A stretch of 64,000 nt of DNA, from contig NC_043019.1 of the NCBI RefSeq assembly GCF_006345805.1, positions 17,855,360 to 17,919,359 on the forward strand. Direction: 5' to 3'. The position numbers were made by a program, and so were the translations under genes. Shown in pieces: positions 51,745-64,000 of this stretch (position 1 is its first letter; every line of letters starts with the position of its first letter). This DNA is from Octopus sinensis. Its lineage: Eukaryota. The notes under the pieces were generated by a model. It did no database searches. It had not been told where the DNA came from and was given only the letters and a program-made list of their open reading frames with translations.

Positions 51745-52360
51745 TTTATCTTGTTTCAGTCATTGGACTGTGGCAATGCTGGGGCACTGCCTTGAAGGGC
51801 GTACATGAACGAATCGACCCCAATGTCTAATTTTTGAACCTGGTAATTATTCCAGCCATCTCTTTTGCCAAAAAGCTAAGTTATGGGAATGTAAACAAAC
51901 CAGTACCAGTTGTTAAATGATGTGGTAGTGGTGGGGGAGTCAAAGATAAACACCCACACACATATATACAACAGGTCTCTGCACAGTTTCTTGGGTTTCA
52001 AATCCACTGAGAAGGCTTTGGTTGGCTTGGGGCTCTAGTAGAAGTCACTGGCCTATGGTGCCACACAGTGGGACTGAATCCAGGACCATATTGCTGGGAA
52101 GAGAGCTCCTTAACCACACCACCACCTAACACAATAATAATCCTTTCTACTAAAGGCAAAAGGCCTGAAATTTTTTGTGGGGAGGAGACCAGAAGATTAC
52201 ATTGACCTCAGTGTTCCACTGGTACTTTATTCAAGAACCCCGAAAGGATGAAAGGCAAAGTCAACCTCAGCAGAATTTGAACTCAGAATGTAAAGACTGG
52301 CAAAATACTGCTAAGCATTTCGACCAACGTGCTAATGATTCCACCAAACTCACTGCCTTC
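51745..52360 (-). mobile_element. Diverged SINE B (51745-52130) followed by SINE A (52140-52360)
   Basis: Family motifs on the reverse complement. Confidence 0.7.
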
Positions 52361-52833
52361 ATAACAACAACAACAATGTTAATAGATTGAGATTTGTGGG
52401 AGATTTGGGAGCAATTTCTACCATGGATTCTGTACCATTTTCAAGGTTCAGGTGTATTGTGTTTGTGTTTGTTCTGGTGTTTCTGAATTATATTATTTTA
52501 TAATGCTTATATCTAATTACATAATATGTGTAATACTATCCACAAGTCAAAGATACATCAAAACACCTGAAGAGATCTAATTACATCCTGTAAAAGTGAT
52601 GTAACAAATCATGTAAATATGTTCCCCACATCTAAATTGTTTCTCCACCTCTCTTTAATGATATTTGCTGCGTAAAAACTCTTTCTTTCTAACCAATTTA
52701 CCTGCATTTGGAGTACCTTACTTTGATTAAGAAATAAGATTCTAAGAATTTAACTTTGAGCACAAATTAATGTGAACATCTATTTCTGTGCAAGCGTCTT
52801 CATACCCACTGAATGTGTGTGTGTGTGTGTGTG

Positions 52834-52870
<37 letters not shown>

Positions 52871-53124
52871 GGATAGTAGAAATATGTTACGAAAAGAGAA
52901 TATAAAATACACATGGAAATGTAAGGATAAAATATGAAAAATCAACGAAAATGCACATTGCAAATAAAAAAAAGGTTTTTTATGACAGGTAACGACAAAT
53001 ATATACATTTAGATTGACTGAGGTAGTAATACGAGTCATAAAGGTCATTATTATGAGATGATTATAAGATGATAATAATAAAGTAAGAGAACAAAACGAA
53101 TGATGGTTTGAACAACACCGGTTA

Positions 53125-53167
<43 letters not shown>

Positions 53168-53246
53168 GTATGTATGTATGTTTGTATGTATGTATGTAAT
53201 GTATGTATGTGTATATATATATATATATCTATATATATATATATAT

Positions 53247-53564
53247 AAATTAATAGTTATCGCCATACTAATATGGCAGTCTTATAAATATAAGACTAAA
53301 GCTGTCGCTGATTAGCTCCAAGAGGCCATCGCCTTAAGATAGCTATTTGACACACGAACCTGCGTCCATTACAAACCTTCGAACTGTAGCTGTCTGACTG
53401 GCAGGATGAAGCGGCTGACCTCCCTTGTTCGAAGGTTTGTAATGGACACAGGTTCGTGTGTCAAATAGCTAGCTTGAGGTGGTCGCCTCTTGGAGCTAAT
53501 CAGCGACAGCTTTAGTCTTATATTTATAAGACTGCCATATTAGTATGGCGATAACTATTAATTT
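53247..53564. mobile_element. Fold-back MITE-like element, 138-bp arms, 42-nt spacer
   Basis: 53247-53384 mirrors 53427-53564 with few mismatches; embedded in (TA)n. Confidence 0.9.
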
Positions 53565-53901
53565 ATATATATATATATGTGTGTGTGTGTATGTGTGTGT
53601 GTGTGTGTGTGTGTTATATCTATAACAAATGGTAGAGACAGAAAATAGAATACATGGAAAGCGTTCTTGCTCACAATGATCGTTTCGACGCATCCTGCAT
53701 TGTCTGCATTCCATTTTCAACGTCCATCATTTGTTATATACTCAATGTACTCTAAGGAATCCCCAGGGTAGATCCAGTGACAATTGTGTAAATACCATGG
53801 ATGTCGTCAGCTACCTATTGGCAGTGAATTGGCTTCATAGCAACATACCCAATGCGCAAAATACATGCATACATACATATATACATATATATATATATAC
53901 A

Positions 53902-53932
<31 letters not shown>

Positions 53933-53944
53933 TGCGCATTGAAA

Positions 53945-54268
53945 ATGGTGAACATCCCCAAAACCTGGCGGACCCACTGCAAAGGTAAAAAGTGCAGGAA
54001 ACGTACTCTTCAGAAGGTTTCACAGTACAAGTCAGGTAAAGCCTGATTATGTGCTCAAGGTAAGAGACATTACGATTGAAAACAAAGACGTTATGGTGGT
54101 CAGACCAAAGCTATCTTTCACAAAATGGCTAAAACCACCAAGAAAATTGTCCTTGGAATGGAGTGTACAGAATGCCAATATAAGAAACAGCTGCCAATTA
54201 AATGGTGTAAGCACTTCTTGGAGTTTGAAGGTGACAAGGAAAAGAAGTGCCAGAAGATTCAGTTTTAT
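53945..54268 (+). pseudogene. RPL36A: Processed pseudogene of 60S ribosomal protein L36a/L44
   Basis: [17 protein letters not shown]...[59 protein letters not shown]...GDK..K.Q.IQF. Full length, intronless, two in-frame stops (54044, 54077). Confidence 0.93.
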
Positions 54269-55657
54269 AGATAAGGAAAACAGAAAATGGAGAAATATTG
54301 ATGGACAATAATTGACTTACATCAATTATTATTTATTAATTCAATACAAATAGACTTTCAGTCTATTTGTATTGGTTAAGAGTCTTCTCCTACAGTTCCT
54401 GGCCAACCTAAATCTTGTCAGTGAATTTGGGAAATGGAAACTGTGTAGAAGCCCATTGTTTCTGTATGGGGTACATGTGTATCTATTATTATACAAGTGT
54501 GAGTATGTGTGTGAACGTGAATGAGCATAAAGGGTGACATTTAAAGCTTCTCCCCACTTGAATGAAACGGGGACAACATCGATATTCCTCATTGACATTG
54601 TGACCGATCTCTGCATTTTTTAAGACTTGTAAAACATGAACTGGGATTTGCAGGCTCCCACCCTGCCAGGATTTTCTTGAATTATAATGATGCATCAGGG
54701 GTTAAAAACAGCAAGTGAGAGCCATCAGCTGTTTCATATATTGTTGCTCTTGTAGCTGTTTATCTCCTGGTCAGCTCTTGTCCAATTGTGTGACAACTAG
54801 ATAAGAGCTGACCAAGGGATAAACCAGGATTAGTTTATTGGATGTGTTTGTTATTTTTTTAAAGGCAGAAGTGTGAAGGTTTAGAAAAAAAACTGGACTG
54901 GTCAGTGGTATATTTGAGTGGTGGAGGTGGTGTTAAGAATGAGGATGGCGGTCAAGGGGTGAGCAAGGGGAAAGGGAGTGATGACTGGCAATTAAAAAAA
55001 GAATGAGCAGAGTTGGATAATAGAGGAGAAACCGAGAGATGAAAGGCTGACAGGTGTATATGTATGTGTGTATGTATACATATGTATATATACTTATGTG
55101 TGTGTGCATGTGTACACAAATACATATATATGTGTTTGTGTGTGTGTGTGTGAAAAAGGCTGAGGTTTTCAAAGGTTAAAGGATCATTATTATTTCATAA
55201 GGAGATATGAAAAAGTTTTAATAACAAATATTACACTCAGTAATGCCCACAATATAACACACACACACGCACACACATGCACCTCCACCCCCCCCACACA
55301 TTGTCCTTTGCCCTCTGAAAGCATCGTGCTCACGAGAATCCTGTGTATGCATGTGCAGTTTGTGTGGGTGAACAGTTGCATTACTTTAAGTTTCATGGAC
55401 ATGCAAAGTCTAATCACCGAGGTGTTTTGATATTAGTGCAATTTTAACCTCATGTCATCTGAGTGACAAATCTTGGCTGGTCATTGGTAAGCTTGATTTC
55501 TACAGATCAAGAGAGATCCTCCCGTGGGAGAAGTTGTTGAATCAACTAATGGGAGATACTGCTATTAAGATGGAAGAGAAAAGCAACCCTGTCAAGATAA
55601 ACTTTAGTCACCAACAGAGACTACCAATATAAACTCACACTTTGTATTGAATATATT

Positions 55658-55689
<32 letters not shown>

Positions 55690-55717
55690 GATATATAATA
55701 TATATATAGATATATAA

Positions 55718-55766
<49 letters not shown>

Positions 55767-55798
55767 GTATACACACACACACACACACACACACATAT

Positions 55799-55996
55799 TG
55801 TAAACATAATTATATAAGTTTTTACTGTATATTTTGACTAAAATAGTCTAATATAGGAGCATATAGACCCACAATGGAAAAAAAATTGGGTATTTCCATG
55901 TGCACTAATATCTATTTTTATCTTTCGGGGTTTAATTGCCTGAATCTTATATTATTTTCTAGAGTCAAAATATACAGTGAAAACTAATATTTACAA
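55799..55996. mobile_element. Small MITE-like inverted repeat
   Basis: ttttactgtatattttgact is mirrored by agtcaaaatatacagtgaaaa. Confidence 0.5.
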
Positions 55997-57194
55997 AACA
56001 CTGTCACTTGTCACCATTTCTTAACTTACACAGACACACAGACACACACACACACACTGTCCTTTGCCCTCTGAAAGCATTGAGCTCTTGAGAATCTTGT
56101 CAAAACATGGAATTCTGTAATGCAATGTGATATGGAAGACAATGGAATAACTCAAAATCATAGCAAGATTTTCAGAAATGCAATGTTTTTACAAGACTGA
56201 AGATGCATCCACGTAGGTGCACACACATGCATACACGTGTGTGTGTGTGTGTGCAGGCAAAAACAAGCAAGAAGCATCCAAAAACAAGACAAAACAACGT
56301 TAGTATAAAATTCAAGGCATTTTCATAATTTTAGATTATTTATTTAGTAAAACTGAGATTTTAATTTTAATAATTTCAACAACATAGAATTTTCTGAAGA
56401 AAACTAACATTATATATATATACATACACATATACATACATATATATATATACATATACACATATATAATATATATTATATATATATAAACAAATAAATA
56501 TATAAATTCATAAATAAATTAATAAAATGAACAAAAATAAACAAAGTAAAACAAACACAGAAACGAAATGATTTGCAAAGACAACTGCATGCAGTTATGC
56601 ATGTGCAGTTACATGCATGCAATTATGCATGTCTGCATATATTTAGATTGCACTTTTGGTAAGTGTGTGTACAGGTTTTGTTGCACCGAAAGTATTTGTC
56701 TTGAAGAACAGCCACAGCCTTTTGACGTGTATCAGGTAGAAGGAGACTGTGCTGAAGCCAGTTGGGTAGACTCAGTGACTGAAAGAATCACCAGTCTCAT
56801 ATGTAGTGTCACACTGAGTCTACATGAAAGGTTATCTTAATAGTACATGTCTCTGTGGAATACACAGCCATTTCATCTGAAAATCAATGTGGAGGTAAGT
56901 TCCTGGAGCAATTTTGAATATTTATTGCCGAAACCATTACAGAATCTATGATGAACTGCATGAGTGTTTGTACACATGAGCGCATGTGTGTGTAAATTGT
57001 GAATGGCTCAGTCAGCCAGCTGTTAAGTAGGCACCACAGCTCAACAGTAAAATTTGCGTAAAGTGTCATTACTCTGATGAGCTGAGTTCATCATCCAGCT
57101 TTCTGCTCAATAAGGTTAAGCTCATGAGTGCACGCGCGCGCACGCGTGTGTGTGTGTGTGTATTATCAGTTGCACTTACATAGTGTATGTCTTT

Positions 57195-57719
57195 TAAAGT
57201 GATAGTATGTTGTCAACTTAATGTGGCAGTCCCATGAAAGGGAAGAATGTTACTGTTATTTAACCCTAGGAAACACTGTTTCTTGTTAGACTTGACACAT
57301 TTCCTGTGCCCTTATGTTTTCCACTCAGCAAAGCCAACATCCAGAGACTAGTTTCAGAGCCATTGCTCACCATCTGTAGCATGGCTTCCTAGCTGTTGAT
57401 GCCTATCCACCTTTGAAATGTATTATTTCTAGTTTCAAAAATCAGTGAATGTATTTCAATTGAAATATATATAAGGCAGATAGACACTGGCAGCCAGCAA
57501 GCCATGCTACTCCAGACTGATGATGAGCAATGACTCGGAAACTAGTCTCTGAATTGCTGGCTTTGCTGGTTGGAGGTGCTTGTCTCCACTTTGTAAACAT
57601 AAGGACACAGAAAATGTATCATGGCCTACTGGAAACGGTGTTTCCTAGGGCTAAATAACTGTAGCATTCTTCCCATTCATGGGACTGCCACATTAAGTTG
57701 ACAACATACTATCACTTTA
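57195..57719. mobile_element. Fold-back MITE-like element, >200-bp arms
   Basis: taaagtgatagtatgttgtcaacttaatgtggcagtcccatgaa... is mirrored at 57473-57719. Confidence 0.85.
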
Positions 57720-58140
57720 TCATGATGCTACTGCATAAATCTCTGTGAGAGATTTAGAAATGCATTATTTCGGTATGTCTTTTGTTTAAACACCAACTCT
57801 GCTGTTGGACAGCCTCTGTAGAAAGCTCCTCAAATAACACAGAGTGTTAGAGAACACCTGAATGTCACAGAGCAGCAAATTTGGTGAAGAGACAAAACAC
57901 AACGCATGATAAATAATGCGGGTGCAGCCAATAATGTTCCCATTATAAACGATGCTTTGGTTCGTAATGGGATTTCCATGTCTTGCCTACATGTTTCTGT
58001 TTCCTATGTCCACCCACGAGACTTTGGTCAGATCAAGGATATTGCAGAAGACATTTGCCCAAGAGGCTAAGCAGTGGGACCGAGCCTGACACAATGTGAG
58101 TAGGAAGCAAACCTTTCACCCAGATACACTTATCCCTGCA

Positions 58141-58231
<91 letters not shown>

Positions 58232-58544
58232 ACATATGAATGCATATATGTATATATATAAGTATATATATTGATGTGTATACACATATATATGAGTATA
58301 TATATACACTCAAACACACAGCTCCATATCTATATATAGTAAAATAGAGGGGATCAATTAGACCCAGGTAAATTAATGTAGATAATGGTACATAAATAAT
58401 ATATGAAATAAATTTGTTGTATACAGTGCTTGGGCGCATTACAACACATCAGGAGAAAAAGCAGCCAAAAGTGCATGAATAGTAGACAGAAAAAATGCAC
58501 TGGAAGTGAACAGTGCACCATTTAAAGAGAAGGGGCAGAGCTGT

Positions 58545-58650
58545 TGCACCGGGTGAACTGTTGGCGAATTTCAGGAAGCATGGAAATTTTGAAGAATGTT
58601 GTGTTTTGACAGCTAACAACTGATGCAGGTAGTTTATTCCATGTTTCAGA
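58545..58650 (-). mobile_element. CR1-like LINE 3' fragment
   Basis: ETWNKLPASVVSC...FK. Confidence 0.45.
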
Positions 58651-58949
58651 AATTCTGAGCAGGAAAAAAATGCGTCTGAAATTCATGGGTGCTGTGTTGC
58701 TTTTTTGATTTTGTAAACATGTCCACGAGTGTTAGACAGATGGTGGATAATCTTGTGGGTGTTATAATGTTATCTATTAAGTTACACAATTATACTCATA
58801 TCCAAAATAAACATGCAACTGAAACCCATGTAAGGATATCCTCAAATATCCATTTATTTTATTCTTCTTTATCTATAAATAAATGGTGTGGAACCAAAAC
58901 TCACGTTAAAAGTTACACTAATATCTCACAGCAACTACAACACGAAATT

Positions 58950-59945
58950 AGATGAAACCTAATGCAAAACAAAGAACGCATGGCGCTAATAAGCTGTTTT
59001 TTGCTGAAATCCTGACGAATATAGTTGAGCGGGAAGACAAATGCCAAAGAGTTTGTGATTTGGTGCTCAAGCATGGTCGGAGCATCTTTACACACAGTTT
59101 ATGATGTCAAGAAGAGAATGGACAATAGCATTCAGAGGAAGTCTGATAGTGGAATCAAGACTTCATCACCATCCTCAAGTCCAAAATTTCAATGGACCCA
59201 ACCACATCAATGAAGAAGCTCGATACTGAACTTGAAGTGGACCCTAAGACCAACAGAACACCTGCTAATGATGACTTGGGCCTCAAGTCCTACACCCGGA
59301 TACAGAGACATCTGCTGACAGAACCTATGAAAGCAAGGAGACTGGAGACGTGCATAAAGGTTCTCACATACCTCAAGAAGAATGTGTCCACTATGAAGAT
59401 TATCTCTGATGAGAAGATCTTCACAGTGAATGCAGTTGTGAACCACAAAAATGACAAATACATTGTGGAGTCAATAGCTGATGTCAGGGGCACCTTTAGA
59501 ACAAAACATCCAGCTCAATTCATAGCCTTCAGTGTTGTGGCCACCAATAGAAGAAAGACGCCCATCTACTCCTACAAGCCCAGAGAAAAGGAAGGTACTG
59601 ATGCCTACTACAAGACATTGGGGTACCATGTCTTGTCATGGCCCAACATGGAGAGCAACTATGTGTGGACCCAGGATGGTGCTCCTAGCCATACTGCTAA
59701 GAAAGTACAGAATTTCTGCCTTCTAACTGGTGAACTTCTGGCCCTCTTCTACCCTAGATCTCAACCCTCTGGACTATGCCATGTGGGGCATTTTAGAGCA
59801 TGGCAGCATCAACTCTCTGAAAGTTGGCATCAATGAGGGGTGGGCCAGGATATACAGTGACTTCCTGGTAAAGAGTTGTGTGGGGTTCTGGGGCCGTGTG
59901 AAGGCTGTAATTGCAAACAATGGAAACCACATAGAATAAATTGTT
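58950..59945 (+). mobile_element. Tc1/mariner-superfamily transposase relic, maT/DD37D-like
   Basis: SDEKIFTV, WTQDGAPSHTAK, W(P)SSTLDLNPLDY (third catalytic residue D), GNHIE*; frameshifted. TIRs not identified. Confidence 0.8.
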
Positions 59946-61447
59946 TGTTTTGTATGTGAATGTTATTAATCTACTTTTGAAACGCAATGAAAGAGTTTCA
60001 AATGTTATGGCAATTTAGCAAGTACACACACACACACACACAGAGCTCTATATATGAAGATGAAATTTAATTTTTCTCTGAAAAATAAAAAAAATCTTCT
60101 AAAAACTGAAGACTTTTTATAACCAATTAATTCAATTAAAATTTTTCTTAAAAATAATTTTGGTTTAGATGTATTTCTCCCTCCAAATTTATTCGACATT
60201 TTAAAACTTATTTAACATAATAAATATATATTTACATTTCACCGATTAAAACACAAATTACAAGTTTAAAAAAAAATATCAATTCATTTTATTTATATTT
60301 GTTTTATAATTTTGATTTTTTTGTTCTTTGCTAGGTTGTATTTTATTAAGGAGAAATTTGAGTGGGGGTGGGTGGGAGGGTATTTATTTATATTTTCAAT
60401 TTATTTAATCATAACATGATATAATTTTCATCGAAACATTTATTTACAATTATAATTTTAAAAATCTCAATTTACACGAAAGATTTTATCCGAAAAACAA
60501 ACTGGAAGTATGACTCTTCCATTAACATTTTGCCCTCGTTTAGAGAATAATTTGGTGGAAACTAATTGCCCAGTTCATTTTTATGAAGAGTTGTGTTTAC
60601 TCTTTTTTAACCTTTAGTCAACCATGATTCACAAGACTAATGATCACTGTGACATTCCAACAATGACCAAAATCATTATATAAAAATGTCGTTTTAGTTT
60701 GGGAGATTGTAGAGGGACATTTGAGTGATATGATGTTGCTATATCTAACAGGTCATGTGATCACACAGAGGCTCCCTCTTTGGCACATTTTGGTCTAAAA
60801 GGGTCGAAAGTATATCTATGTCATTATCACCCGAAATAACAAGCGGAAGCGTGTTACAAGCTGACAGTCCATACTCATTTTGGGTAGGCGTTGAACAAGA
60901 TGCATTTTCATCCATCTTTACACACACCCTCAACTTCTGCTGAGGTCACCTTTATCTTTTGATGAAATAAATACCAGTTACATACTGGGGTGGAAGTAAT
61001 CGACTAGCCCACCCCACTCCCCGAAAGTTGCAGGCCTTGTGCCTATTGTGGAAAGGATTTTTATCCTTATTATTAAAAGTGTCGAGTTGGCTGAATTGGT
61101 TGAGAATCAGACAAAATGCTTTGTGGTATTTCTTCTGTTGCTTTACATTCTGAGTTCAAATCCTGTTGACACCGAATTTGCTTTTCATCCTTTTGAGGGC
61201 AATAAAATTAAAGTACCAGTCATATCTTCCACCCTCTGAAGTTACTGGCCTTATGCATGAAACCAAGAGTATTTATGATTTAAGTGATCTAAACTTTGCT
61301 GAGATCGACTTAGCTTTCCATTATTCCAGCATTGGGACCGGGTCTGACATAAATAGAAGAACATTCTACAAAATTTCTAGTTTTATACATACACACACAC
61401 ACACACATATATATGTTTGTTACAAATAATAATGACTACATTTGTTT

Positions 61448-61589
61448 CAACCACATGGTTTTGGGTTCAGTCCCACTGCGTGGCACCTTGGGCAAGTGAC
61501 TTCTACTATAGCCTCGGGCTGACCAAAGCCTTGTGAGTGGATTTGGTAAACAGAAACTGAAAGAAGCTTGTCATATATATATATATATA

Positions 61590-61665
<76 letters not shown>

Positions 61666-61880
61666 GGCGGGTATGTGTTTGTATGTCTGTATTTGTACTC
61701 TCACCTCACTTGACAACCGATGCTGGTGTGTTTACATCCCATCCCTGTAACTTAGCGGTTTGGCAAAAGACCCCAATAGAATAAGTACTAGGCTTACAAA
61801 GAATAAGTCCTGGACTCGATTTGTTCGACTAAAGACAGCGCTTCAGCATGGCCACAGTCAAATGAATGAAATAAATAAAT
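61448..61880 (+). mobile_element. SINE family B
   Basis: B box, CORE, long internal (TA)n, body. Confidence 0.85.
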
Positions 61881-61982
61881 GTTTTATATATATATATACA
61901 TATAATGTTTTCCGTTTTTTTTTTCCATTAACAAAAAAAAAATCTTTGCTTCTATTTTTATGAAATGATAAATTGTTTATTC

Positions 61983-62375
61983 TTTTACTCTTTTACTTGT
62001 TTCAGCCATTTGACTGTGGTCATGCTGGAGCACCACCTTTAGTCAAAGAAATCGACCACAGGACTTATTCTTTGTAAGCCTAGTACTTCTTATTCTGTCA
62101 GTCTTTTTTTGCCAAACCACTAAGTTACATGGACATAAATACACCAGCATCGGTTGTCAAGAGATGAGGATGGGGGACAAACACACACACACACACACAA
62201 ATATATATATATATACACGATGGGCTTCTTTCAGTTTCTGTTTACCAAATCCTTTCACAAGGGTTTGGTCGACCTGAAGACATAGTAGAAGACACTTGCC
62301 CAAGGTGCCATGCAGTGGGACTGAACCCAAAACCATGCAGTTGGAAAGCAAGCTTCTTATCACACAGCCATGCTT
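61983..62375 (-). mobile_element. SINE family B
   Basis: Opposite orientation to the 61448 copy, tail-to-tail. Confidence 0.8.
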
Positions 62376-62702
62376 GCATCTGTTATTTATGAAATTTAAT
62401 AAATTTTTAAACTTTATTCTCTATTTTTTTTCTTTAATGTCAGATATATCTTTTTTTAAAAAATATATCTGATTTTGAAAACATAATTTAATGTTTAATG
62501 AGTCCTTTTCATTTAATTGTTTTGACTGAATTATTTGCAAGTTTATATTTTCTCCCAAACACAAATTTCTCTTACACAAACCCTAGCCTCTTCCCCCCCC
62601 ACCCCACCCCACACACACACATGCACAAATCAGCAGCATAAAACCTAAAGATTATTCAATATATACACCATACACACCTCAGATTCACTTCATAACAAGA
62701 CA

Positions 62703-62747
<45 letters not shown>

Positions 62748-63177
62748 TTTATATGTGTGGTGTGTGTGTGCATGTATATGGATTGGTGGTGTAATGATGA
62801 TGCCCTGTTGATCTGAAGAGCCAGCCTTTTCTACTCCATTAATTTGTGAATATACAACTGTACTGCATAATGCATAGCATGCATATTAGTGCAAACATGT
62901 AGACATTATTTATTATACACTGAAATTATTATTAGAGGAAGAAGGCTGCAAAACAGCTGTAATCCAAAGGATGACAAGTAATTAAATAAGTATATTCATC
63001 TCTTGTACTTCCTAACAATTTATGGTATATATATATATACATACATACATACATACATACATACACATATATGAGTGTGTGTGTGTGTATGTGTATATAA
63101 ATATATATATATATATATATTCACATATATATATGTATGTATATATATATGTGTGTGTGTGTATACATATATATCTC

Positions 63178-63227
<50 letters not shown>

Positions 63228-64000
63228 ATACACACACATATACATACAAACATATTTTAGTACATGCCTTTACTAATTTCTTTTTTGGGTGTAATAATTT
63301 GTTCTTAATAAAACACACACACACACACGCACACACACACATACGTTGTTTCCCTTTCCTCCCAATTTCTACCAGTTTCTCTTTTAAAGTTTCATCACTT
63401 TATGTCATTTTTATCGACCATGACATTCTGCAAAATATGAAACGACGCTCATAAAATGCAACGAAATACAATTTTTAGGAGAAACAATAATTATTGTCGC
63501 GTTTGTCGACGTGTTTCGGATTGTGATTTTGACAAAAGTACAACGAAGGCAAAATATGCAAATACATAAATATGAGGATTTGTGTTTTGTTTACACGCAA
63601 CACACATATATATTATAGATGTACGTAATTCTTTGTGTATGTATATATAAATGTATGCATGTATGTATATTTATATATATATTTATATACATATACACAC
63701 ACATTTACATATACATATACATTTATATATATATATATGTATGTATATATGCATATATATACTTTCATATATATGAATCAAATGAAATAAAATAAAAAAA
63801 CAGGACACAAAGGATGTCGCGGTACACTGAATTTATTGTACCTACTTTCATATATACATACATACTTGCATGTGTATATATATATACATACATACATCTA
63901 TATATCTATATATATATATATACACACACATATACATACATACATCTATATATCTATATATATATATACACACACACATACATACACACATATATATATA

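Noticed and set aside
60745-60933. 62-aa ORF MDENASCSTPTQNEYG... as an exon
   Set aside because: Protein-like, but there is no convincing donor or acceptor pair and no recognisable homology.

Overview
Repeat-dominated, AT-rich animal genomic DNA. The SINE families and the (TA)n/(TACA)n/(AAT)n load point to an octopus (Octopus sp.); this is pattern recognition, not a database match. Host coding content is small: one very large minus-strand exon (47655/47659-50110, Ser/Pro/Glu-rich, product not recognised) and an intronless, disabled RPL36A copy (53945-54268). The rest is mostly mobile DNA: at least four tRNA-derived SINE families; Penelope-like element (PLE) fragments (RT, GIY-YIG, and pLTR pieces with type I hammerhead ribozyme motifs); CR1-, RTE- and R4/Dong-type LINE fragments; a full-length decayed mariner; a maT/DD37D-type transposase relic; and fold-back MITE-like elements. 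Tandem repeats include a 59-bp satellite beside a 100-N gap, a 28-bp minisatellite and a 2-kb (AAT)n array. The most unusual object is a 2.14-kb element at 17567-19710 (-). It encodes only a decayed gag/ORF1-like CCHC protein, has its own promoter-like 5' end and an AATAAA 3' end, and splits a SINE tRNA-like head with a 12-13 bp target-site duplication. Most short ORFs in the supplied track are microsatellite or SINE artefacts.
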